Positions 20,008 through 28,166 of a stretch of 64,000 bases of DNA are shown piece by piece. Made by a program: the position numbers and the translations under genes. Source of the DNA: Candidatus Binatia bacterium. Its GTDB lineage: Bacteria; Desulfobacterota; Binatia; UBA9968; JAJDTQ01. The notes under the pieces were generated by a model. That model worked only from the letters and a program-made list of their open reading frames with translations. It was not told the origin of the DNA and did not search any database. The stretch spans positions 2,336,001 to 2,400,000 of the forward strand of contig OY762897.2 in the NCBI GenBank assembly GCA_963666515.2. The letters are read 5' to 3'. Within the stretch, counting starts at the first letter, position 1; every line of letters starts with the position of its first letter.

Positions 20008-21162
20008 ATGTCGAACCTTTCGGGCAAATACGCCGTCGTCGGCGTAGGCGAGACCAGGGTGGGCAAGCGGCCCGAAGCCACCACCAACTCGCTGCACGTA
20101 GAGGCCATCCGCCTGTGCCTGGAAGACGCCGGAGTCGACGCGTCCCAGGTGGACGGGTTGCTCACCAACCAGCCGCTCACCGACGCGCACCGGAGCTACG
20201 CGGTGCGGCTGGCGCACATGGCGGGAATCGATCCCAGCTACGCCACCGACCTGGCGCTGGGGGGCGCGACGCCCATCGCCATGATCCAGAACGCGGTGAT
20301 GGCCATCGAGGCCGGCATGTGCAACTACGTGGTGTGCGTGCACGCGCGCAAGCGGGCGACGCCGGACCCCACGCCCGGATACCCCATCCGCAGCGGCGAC
20401 GAGCACTGGGAGCAGCCCTGGGGCCATTTCTCCGCGGTGGCCAACCACGCGTTCGCGGCCACGCGCCACATGCACGAGTTCGGCACCACCAGCGAGGACC
20501 TGGGGCAGATCGCGGTATCCACGCGCAAGCACGCGTGCATGAACGGGAACGCCACCATGCAGAAGCCCATGACCATCGAGGACCACCAGGCCTCGCGCCT
20601 GATCGTGGAGCCGCTGCACCTGTTCGACTGCTCGCTGGAGTCGGACGGCGGCGCCGCCATGCTGGTCACGAGCATGGAGCGGGCCAGGGACCTGCCGAAG
20701 AAGCCGGTGCAGGTGCTGGGCATGGGACAGCACCACCCGCACTCCAGCGTCATGGACGCGCCCACCCTCACCACCCTGGGGAGCCGGAAGTCGTCGGAGG
20801 CGGCCTACCGCATGGCCGGGCTCACACCCAAGGACATGGACTTCGCCGAGTTCTACGACTGCTTCACCATCACCACGCTGATCACCATCGAGGACTACGG
20901 CTTCTGCGGCAAGGGCGAGGGCAAGGACTTCATCAAGGACGGGCGCATCGAGGTGGGCGGCGAGATCCCCGTGAATACCCACGGCGGTCTGCTGTCCCAG
21001 GCGCATCTGGAAGGCATCATGCACGTCACCGAGGGGGTCAAACAGTTGCGGGGCAACGAGGTGGAGCCCGAGCGGCAGGTGCAGGGCGCGAAAGCGGGCG
21101 TCATCAGCGGGCACGGCGGCAGCCTGTGCATGCACGCATCACTCGTACTGGGGGTACAATGA
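20008..21162 (+). CDS. Thiolase-fold protein lacking the catalytic Cys (SCP2-thiolase/Ltp2 aldolase-like)
   Basis: GVGET, LGGATP in place of CASG, DCSLESDGG, FYDCFT, NTHGGLLS. Confidence 0.88.
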   Translation: MSNLSGKYAVVGVGETRVGKRPEATTNSLHVEAIRLCLEDAGVDASQVDGLLTNQPLTDAHRSYAVRLAHMAGIDPSYATDLALGGATPIAMIQNAVMAIEAGMCNYVVCVHARKRATPDPTPGYPIRSGDEHWEQPWGHFSAVANHAFAATRHMHEFGTTSEDLGQIAVSTRKHACMNGNATMQKPMTIEDHQASRLIVEPLHLFDCSLESDGGAAMLVTSMERARDLPKKPVQVLGMGQHHPHSSVMDAPTLTTLGSRKSSEAAYRMAGLTPKDMDFAEFYDCFTITTLITIEDYGFCGKGEGKDFIKDGRIEVGGEIPVNTHGGLLSQAHLEGIMHVTEGVKQLRGNEVEPERQVQGAKAGVISGHGGSLCMHASLVLGVQ

Positions 21163-21602
21163 GCAAAACAGAAACACACGACAAGCGCGGGCGCGCGGCG
21201 CCGCGCAACGAACCTTTTCTAGCGGAGGTGGAGGCCAAGCCCTTCTGGGACAACCTGAAGGAGCACAAGCTCACGGTGCAGCAGTGCAATGCCTGCCAGA
21301 CGTACTTCAACTTCCCGCCCCAGGCGCTCTGCGCAAAGTGCCTGTCTCCGGACAACCAATGGGTGCCGGTGAGCGGCAAGGGCACGGTCTATTCCTTCGT
21401 CACGTATCACCGGGCGTGGCATCCGGCGTACCAGGACAAGATCCCGTACAACGTCTCGCTCGTGGACCTCGACGAAGGGCCGCGGCTGGTGAGCAACGTC
21501 ATCGACATCCCGCCGGATGAGGTGAAGGTGGGGATGGCGGTGGAGGTGGTGTACGAGGACCACGAGGAGTTCACGCTGCCGAAGTTCAAGCCGAGCGCGT
21601 AG
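21159..21602 (+). CDS. Zn-ribbon/OB-fold DUF35 (ChsH2-like) acyl-CoA-binding partner
   Basis: PFWD, CNAC...CAKC, SGKGTVYSF, LDEGPRLVSN; ATGA overlap with thiolase; embedded in ORF 20115..21602. Confidence 0.9.
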   Translation: MSKTETHDKRGRAAPRNEPFLAEVEAKPFWDNLKEHKLTVQQCNACQTYFNFPPQALCAKCLSPDNQWVPVSGKGTVYSFVTYHRAWHPAYQDKIPYNVSLVDLDEGPRLVSNVIDIPPDEVKVGMAVEVVYEDHEEFTLPKFKPSA

Positions 21603-21644
21603 GCAGATCGGTACCCATCAATGACGGTCTCGAAGGAGTGACAG

Positions 21645-23009
21645 ATGGCCTACACGGCACAAGGGCGCACCAAGAGCTTTCCGGTCTTCGACTGCGACAG
21701 CCACATCCATGAACCCCGGGAGGTCTGGGACGAGTACATTCCGGAGAAGCAGCGGGCGTTCGCCAAGCAGCACTTCTACCGGGACATGGACCGGCTCGTG
21801 ATGGTCGTGAACGGCCAAGTGAGCTACGGCAATCCCAAGACCTACGCCTATCCGGGACAGGGCTGGCACCCGGGCATGAACAAGAAGATCCTGGGCTCCA
21901 TCGCGCCCGACGACCCCCGGTGGGACGAGGAGATCGGCCGCAACGCCAGCCAGCGGGACCCGCAGGTCCGCCTCAAGGACATGGACGCGTCGGGCATCGA
22001 CCAGGTGATGGTGTTCCCGTCCACCTTCGTTCGCATGCCGCTGGTGAAGAACCCGGACGCGGCGCGCATCTGCGCCGCCGCCTACAACGACTGGGTCAAC
22101 GACTACTGCGCGGCCGACCGGAAGCGCCTCTATCCCTGCGCCGTGCTGCCGGTCCAGGACGTGGACTACGCCGTGCAGGAGCTTCGCCGCGTGGCCAAGC
22201 TGGGCTTCAAGTCCGCGGTGGTGCGGCCGGTGCTGGTCAACGACCGCTACCCCACCTTCCCCGAGTTCGACCCCTTGTGGAAGGAGTTCGAGGAGCTGGG
22301 GCTGGCCCTGGGCATGCACACCTTCCCGTCCGGCGGCGAGGCCGTGACCGAGGCCATGGCGGAGCGCATGTCCGCCGGCACCCGGGGCAAGAGCAGCGCT
22401 CAGCGCTCGCCCTTCACCGCGCACGAGGTCTACGTGTACTCGCCGGGGCAGTTCGTGGAAAACATCATGCGCAGCATGGGGGCGGTGCAGCCCGGGGCTG
22501 AGTCCCTGAGCTTCATCAGCGAGGCCCAGACCTGGACCATGATCGTGATGCTCACGGGCTGGCTGGAGAAGTTCCCCAAGCTCCGGATCGCCATCCTGGA
22601 GTCCAACTCTAGCTGGCTGCCCCTGATCCTGGAGAAGGCCGAGACCTACCTCGACCTCTACCGCTTCGTGCGCGAGCAGGCCAGCCCGCCGCAGAAGGTC
22701 GGCGACCCGCGGGAAACCTTCGAGCGGCAGTGCTTCATCGCCTTCGAAAGCGACGAGGACGTTACCCTCAGGCTGTGGGACATCTTCGAGAACATCGGCC
22801 TTTGGTCCTCCGACATGCCGCACCACGACGCCTCGGACACTTGGGAAGCCGTGGACAACATGAACAAGCACGGCGTGCCGCAGGAGGTGCAGGAGAAGAT
22901 GCTGGGCGGCAACGCCCGGCGCCTCTACGGCATCGAGCCGGAATTGTTCGTGACCGAGGCGCCGGCGGAGTACACGCCGGTGAACATCGTGCCGCGCTAC
23001 GCGGGGTAG
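21645..23009 (+). CDS. Amidohydrolase_2 family protein
   Basis: FDCDSHIHE, DMDASGID, GMH, ILESNSSW, WSSDMPHHD. Confidence 0.88.
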   Translation: MAYTAQGRTKSFPVFDCDSHIHEPREVWDEYIPEKQRAFAKQHFYRDMDRLVMVVNGQVSYGNPKTYAYPGQGWHPGMNKKILGSIAPDDPRWDEEIGRNASQRDPQVRLKDMDASGIDQVMVFPSTFVRMPLVKNPDAARICAAAYNDWVNDYCAADRKRLYPCAVLPVQDVDYAVQELRRVAKLGFKSAVVRPVLVNDRYPTFPEFDPLWKEFEELGLALGMHTFPSGGEAVTEAMAERMSAGTRGKSSAQRSPFTAHEVYVYSPGQFVENIMRSMGAVQPGAESLSFISEAQTWTMIVMLTGWLEKFPKLRIAILESNSSWLPLILEKAETYLDLYRFVREQASPPQKVGDPRETFERQCFIAFESDEDVTLRLWDIFENIGLWSSDMPHHDASDTWEAVDNMNKHGVPQEVQEKMLGGNARRLYGIEPELFVTEAPAEYTPVNIVPRYAG

Positions 23010-23039
23010 GAGAACCGGGCGGCCGGGGGAGCCGGGACC

Positions 23040-24434
23040 ATGACCGAACTGGACAGCGTTACGTCGTCGAGCGAGACCGAATACCTCGAGTGGCACCTGC
23101 GCAACTACGAGGACATGCCGCGCGAGGTGATCCTCAAGATGGACCTCCTGCGGGTGGGCCACTGGTTCACCGACGCCGCCCTGGAACTGGCCTCCGAGGC
23201 CCTGGTCAAGTCCTACCGGCTGTTCTCCTACGACCTGATGTCCATGAAGGACATGAAGCGGAAGGAGCACCGGCGGACGCCCGAGTGGTTCGCCATCCGC
23301 GGCGGCCACCTGGGCCTGCGCCCCGTCATCGTCCAGACGACGCTGAACGCCGATTCGCCTTACGTCATCGACGTGGTGGACGGGGAGGTCCGGCTCCTGC
23401 TGGACGGGCGCGAGCTGTGTGACGTGAGCTTCCCCAAGCCGCTCAAGTACTACACGCGCTCCTTCGAGGACGGCACCAAGTACCACGAGATCATCGCCTT
23501 CGGCTATTTCGCCACGGTGTTCCGCAACTGCCAGTACTGGGGGCCGGACGAGGAGTGCCGCTTCTGCGACATCAACGTCAACGTACGCCAGATGAAGGAG
23601 TCCCGGGACTTCACCTTCAACACGCCGGTGAAGCCGGTGTCCTACGTGGCCGAGGTGGCCCGCTCCATCGAGCAGGACGCCATCGACGATGTTGGCTACG
23701 CTCCGCCCATCGACTTCCTGATCTCCGGCGGCACCATCCTGAAGACCCTGCACCGCAAGTCGGAGGACGACTTCTACCTGGAGTACGCCTCGGCCCTCAA
23801 GTGGGGCGGCCACCGCCGCTACATCAACATCCAGACCAACGCCAAGGACAAGGAGACCATGAAGCGCTACCGCGCCGAGGGCGTGGACTGCCACCACGCC
23901 AACATGGAGGTCTGGGACAAGCGGCTGTTCGAGTGGATCAACCCGGGCAAGAACCGCCGCATCGGCTGGGACAACTGGGTCAAGTGGATGATCGAGTCGG
24001 TGGAGGTGCTGGGCGAGGGCAACGCCCGCCCCAACTTCGTCTGCGGCGTGGAGCTGGCCCGCCCCCACGGCTTCGACAACATCCCCGACGCGGTCAACTC
24101 CACCGGCGGCGGCATCGACTTCATGATGCGCCACGGCGTCTTCCCGCGCTTCAACCAGTGGCGCCGGGAGCCCGGCTCCGACCTCGTCTCGCAGCACAAG
24201 CAGCCCGCCATCCCCCTGGAGTTCTACATCCAGATCATGCGCCGCTACTACGAGAGTTGGAAGAAGTACCGCCTCCCCTTTCCCCACCACGACTCCGTGC
24301 ACCCCGAGCGCCGCTGGGGCTCCGGCCACGCCACCTACGACGACATGCTCTTCCTGAACGACTGGCCCCACTACGAGGAGGAATGGGACCGAGGCTCGCG
24401 GGAGGGGCTGAAGGCCTGCGTCGTCAGCGAGTAG
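23040..24434 (+). CDS. Radical SAM protein with atypical CX8CX2C motif
   Basis: CQYWGPDEECRFC, ISGG, NMEVWD...PGK. Confidence 0.8.
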   Translation: MTELDSVTSSSETEYLEWHLRNYEDMPREVILKMDLLRVGHWFTDAALELASEALVKSYRLFSYDLMSMKDMKRKEHRRTPEWFAIRGGHLGLRPVIVQTTLNADSPYVIDVVDGEVRLLLDGRELCDVSFPKPLKYYTRSFEDGTKYHEIIAFGYFATVFRNCQYWGPDEECRFCDINVNVRQMKESRDFTFNTPVKPVSYVAEVARSIEQDAIDDVGYAPPIDFLISGGTILKTLHRKSEDDFYLEYASALKWGGHRRYINIQTNAKDKETMKRYRAEGVDCHHANMEVWDKRLFEWINPGKNRRIGWDNWVKWMIESVEVLGEGNARPNFVCGVELARPHGFDNIPDAVNSTGGGIDFMMRHGVFPRFNQWRREPGSDLVSQHKQPAIPLEFYIQIMRRYYESWKKYRLPFPHHDSVHPERRWGSGHATYDDMLFLNDWPHYEEEWDRGSREGLKACVVSE

Positions 24435-24461
24435 GCCGGGGTCCGAACTCGATCCTTCTCG

Positions 24462-24591
24462 AACCTTCAATCAGTCGGGTATCAATCTTAAATTGGTCAG
24501 CCTCAAATCTTCAGTCGGTCGGTTGTTGACTTTCAATTGGTCGGCCGCTAACCTTCAATCAGTCGAATTCATTGTTCAAATGGTTGGAGGG
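24462..24591 (+). repeat. Tandem array of about six 22-bp imperfect direct repeats, consensus AAYCTTCAATYRGTCGG plus 5 variable nt
   Basis: Units start at 24462, 24484, 24506, 24528, 24550 and 24571; overlaps a TTGACT-17-TAACCT promoter candidate and the RBS. Confidence 0.85.
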
Positions 24592-24599
24592 ATGCGGAC

Positions 24600-25820
24600 G
24601 TGTATCCTCGTTTTATCGAAAGCCGCGTCAACGAGGCGTTGACTTACACACGGGTCGTGCTCATATCCGGCCCTCGACAGTCCGGCAAGACGACATTGGC
24701 CAGACATATCGCAGCCGGCAAAATCCCGTTCCTGGACCTCGATGACAGGCCCACCCTGGAGACGGCCCTAGCCGATCCGGTGGGATTCATACGCGGCCTC
24801 GACCGGGCTGTGATCGACGAGGTTCAGCGCGCGCCCGACCTCCTCCTGGCCATCAAGTCGACTGTCGATGCCGACCCGAGTCCCGGCCGCTTCTTGCTCA
24901 CCGGGTCCGCGAATCTCATGACCGTGCCCCGGGTGGCCGATTCGCTTGCCGGCCGAATGAAGGTCGTGCGCCTCTTGCCCTTGGCACAGGCGGAGTTGAA
25001 AGGGAACCCCTCCGCCTTCCTTGATATGGCCTTCAAAGGCCAAGTGCCCAAGACCGGCGACGTCGTGGTCGGAGCCGACTTGATCGAAGAGGTTCTGGCT
25101 GGCGGATATCCGGAAGCTCTCACCCACTCCCGTTGGAACACCCGGCGCGACTGGTATCTCGACTACATCGAGGCCATCGTTCAACGAGATGTCCGCGACA
25201 TCGCCCAATTCGAGAAAGTTCCATTGATGCCGAGGCTCTTGCGCGTTCTCGCGGAGCACTCCGGACAACTCGTCAACTATTCCGGCTTCGGTGCACCGTT
25301 GGGGATGAACCATTTCACCACCCGAAGATACACTGGGCTATTCGAGAGTCTGTATCTCCTGTACAACCTGCAACCCTGGTTCACCAATACGCTAAAGCGG
25401 CTCACCAAGACACCGAAGCTGCACTTCCTCGATGCAGGACTGCTTGCGGCCTTAAGGGACATCACATCCGACCGTGTGGAGAAAGACAGGGCGCTTTTCG
25501 GACCGGTCCTGGAGACTTTTGTTCTTGCCGAGTTACTGAAACTGGCCAGTTGGTCAGACGACCGGTACGACTTCTCGCATTTCCGGGACAAGGAGCGGAA
25601 AGAGGTGGACATCGTCATGGAGGACCGTCGCGGCCATGTCGTCGGAATCGAGGTCAAGGCATCCGCCACCGTGACTGCCCGGGACTTCGCCGGCCTCCGC
25701 CGCCTGTCGGAAGCCTGTGGCGACCGGTTCGTTCTGGGACTGGTCCTCCATGACCACGAGCGCGTTGTGCCATTCGGTGAGCGCCTGTTCGCGGCTCCGG
25801 TCTCGGCGCTGTGGTCGTGA
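24600..25820 (+). CDS. AAA_14 ATPase with DUF4143 (wHTH and PD-(D/E)XK-like C-terminus)
   Basis: GPRQSGKTT, IDEVQR, LTGSA, GGYP, KTPKLHFLDAGL, EVDIV...IEVK. Confidence 0.9.
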   Translation: MYPRFIESRVNEALTYTRVVLISGPRQSGKTTLARHIAAGKIPFLDLDDRPTLETALADPVGFIRGLDRAVIDEVQRAPDLLLAIKSTVDADPSPGRFLLTGSANLMTVPRVADSLAGRMKVVRLLPLAQAELKGNPSAFLDMAFKGQVPKTGDVVVGADLIEEVLAGGYPEALTHSRWNTRRDWYLDYIEAIVQRDVRDIAQFEKVPLMPRLLRVLAEHSGQLVNYSGFGAPLGMNHFTTRRYTGLFESLYLLYNLQPWFTNTLKRLTKTPKLHFLDAGLLAALRDITSDRVEKDRALFGPVLETFVLAELLKLASWSDDRYDFSHFRDKERKEVDIVMEDRRGHVVGIEVKASATVTARDFAGLRRLSEACGDRFVLGLVLHDHERVVPFGERLFAAPVSALWS

Positions 25821-25927
25821 CGGAGCGCTGGGGAGGCGCTGATCTGGAGCGTGAATCACGCCTCCAAGTATTGCCTTCCGACCTGAGGCAGAATAATTTT
25901 TTGAGATATATACGGCGGGGGCAAACC

Positions 25928-26011
25928 ATGTTGATCAAAGTTCAGAAGTGGGGAAACAGCCAAGGTCTTCGACTCACGAAGGCGGACCCCTATGCGTCCC
26001 TCAGGGGTTAA
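25928..26011 (+). pseudogene. Truncated AbrB/MazE antitoxin 5' stub
   Basis: MLIKVQKWGNSQGLRLTKA then unrelated residues and stop; no toxin follows. Confidence 0.75.
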
Positions 26012-26039
26012 GTGATTGACCCAATCAACCGGCCCCGCC

Positions 26040-27587
26040 ATGACCAAGCTCAGACTGCCCATCGGCATTCAGACTTTCCGCAAGCTTCGGGAAGAAAACT
26101 GCTACTACGTCGACAAGACGCCGTGGATACGGGCGCTGCTGGACGAAGGCTCGCTTTTCTTTCTCTCCCGCCCCCGGCGCTTCGGCAAGAGCCTGTTCCT
26201 GGACACGCTGAAGGAACTCTTCGAGGGCACGGAGACGCTCTTTCGCGGGCTCTACATCCATGAAGGTTGGGACTGGTCCGTGCGCCATCCGGTGCTGCGA
26301 CTGAGCTTCGGAAGCGGCAATTTCAAGGACCCCGCCCAGGCGCATGCAAGCCTCATGGCGCAACTCGACGCCGTCGAGCGCCGGACAGGGACCGCGTCGC
26401 CCTACCCCACTTCGCCGGAGCGTTTCGGCCATCTGCTCGAACAGTTGCACCATCAGGCGGGGCGGCCGGTCGTGGTGCTGGTGGACGAATACGACAAACC
26501 GATCCTTGACGCGTTGGAAGCGCCGGAGATCGCCCGGTCGAACCGCGACTTCCTGCGCGGCGTCTATGGGGTCATCAAAGACTGCGACGCACACATCCGG
26601 TTCGCGTTCCTCACCGGCGTGAGCAAGTTCTCCAAGGTAAGCCTGTTCTCGGGTCTCAACAACCTCAAGGACCTGACCCTGGACCCGCGCTACTCCGCGG
26701 TCTGCGGTTACACCGATGCGGACCTGGACAGCGTGTTCGCCCCGGAACTGCCGGGGCTGGATCGGGACGAAATCCGTCGCTGGTACAACGGCTATGCATG
26801 GCTGGGTGACGAGAAAGTTTACAATCCTTTCGACATCCTGTTGTTGTTCGATCGGCGCAAGTTCGACGCCTACTGGTTCGAGACCGGCACGCCGTCGTTT
26901 CTGGTGGAGACCCTGTTCAAGCGGCGCGTGAGCACCCTGACCCTTGAGGACATGCTCGGCACCAACGACCTGCTGTCGAGATTCGATGTCGACGACATCG
27001 CCACCGAGGCGCTGCTGTTCCAGACAGGCTACCTCACCGTCACGGATGAGGAGGATTTGGGCGGCGAGCCGGTCTATCGACTCGCTTATCCCAACCGGGA
27101 AGTCCGCGAGAGCCTGAATCGGAGTCTCCTGCGTCACCTGGTGCAGGATTCGTCACGCCAGACGACAAACGGCGTCCGACTCTACCGCCTGCTGGAAGTC
27201 AACGACTTCGATGGTCTCAAGGCCCTGTTCCAGACCTTCTATAGCAGCATTCCCTATCAGTGGTACACGAACAACGACATCGCCGACTATGAAGGATTCT
27301 ACGCCAGCGTATTCTACTCCTACTTTGCTGCCCTCGGTCTCGACATCATGGTCGAGGACAGCAGCAGCCACGGGCGGCTCGACATGGCCGTACGCTTCAA
27401 CGGCAACGTCTACCTGTTCGAGTTCAAGGTAGTCGAGATGACCCAGCCCGGTGCGGCAATGGCCCAGTTGAAGGCCCGGCGTTACGCCGACAAGTACCGC
27501 AGCCTCGGCCAGCCCATCTGGCTCATCGGCGTGGAATTCAGCAAGGACACGCGCAACGTGGTCGCGTTCGAGGTCGAACGGGGGTGA
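26040..27587 (+). CDS. AAA-ATPase-like protein with C-terminal PD-(D/E)XK (PDDEXK_9) nuclease, copy 1
   Basis: LPIGIQTF, YYVDKT, RPRRFGKS, LVDEYDKP, GRLDM...FEFK. Confidence 0.92.
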   Translation: MTKLRLPIGIQTFRKLREENCYYVDKTPWIRALLDEGSLFFLSRPRRFGKSLFLDTLKELFEGTETLFRGLYIHEGWDWSVRHPVLRLSFGSGNFKDPAQAHASLMAQLDAVERRTGTASPYPTSPERFGHLLEQLHHQAGRPVVVLVDEYDKPILDALEAPEIARSNRDFLRGVYGVIKDCDAHIRFAFLTGVSKFSKVSLFSGLNNLKDLTLDPRYSAVCGYTDADLDSVFAPELPGLDRDEIRRWYNGYAWLGDEKVYNPFDILLLFDRRKFDAYWFETGTPSFLVETLFKRRVSTLTLEDMLGTNDLLSRFDVDDIATEALLFQTGYLTVTDEEDLGGEPVYRLAYPNREVRESLNRSLLRHLVQDSSRQTTNGVRLYRLLEVNDFDGLKALFQTFYSSIPYQWYTNNDIADYEGFYASVFYSYFAALGLDIMVEDSSSHGRLDMAVRFNGNVYLFEFKVVEMTQPGAAMAQLKARRYADKYRSLGQPIWLIGVEFSKDTRNVVAFEVERG

Positions 27588-28166
27588 GGGACAACCCCGC
27601 CACATGGAATGGCCCTTGAGCCGACGGCAGTGTCGGCGCGCGGGTCTACACAAGAAGAAAGACCTTTCACACGGCTCCCTTTATCATAGAGGATCATAGA
27701 GGATGATTTGATATCTTCTGATCAGCAGATGGCCGGCCAAGGCTGACCGGAAGGAGGTACAGATGCCGAACCTTCAAACAATAGCAGAGGCCACTATCGT
27801 CGATGTCCTGGGAAGCGACCCCGAACCGCTTCCGGAGTGGCTAGTAGCCCATGGCAACCCGCCACGGTTCAACCGCGAGAAGTTCTTCGATTCTCGGACT
27901 GTCTATTATCCGGGGTACGGAGACGATGGGCATCCCGTGGAACTCTTCAACCGCTCCCACGCCGCACACACGTTCATTTACGTCGACCATGGAGTCGGGC
28001 GGGACCCGCTCGCACAACGGCTTCGTGACCGGAAGCAGGGTTTTCTCGGATATGAGGTCGCCCATCAGCAGGAATTGTCGGAGGATACTTTGCGACCGGG
28101 CGGGTGGACGCAACACGTCACCGCTGACGAAGCCCGTGGGCTCATTACAGGCCGGGAAGGTTTAGC

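Noticed and set aside
24462-24591. CRISPR array reading of the 22-bp repeats
   Set aside because: Variable part only ~5 nt, repeats degenerate, no cas genes in window
25838-25850. CTGATCTGGAGCG similarity to methyltransferase near 34490
   Set aside because: Too short to distinguish from chance
27684-27705. ATCATAGAGG tandem duplication
   Set aside because: Two copies only; likely slippage
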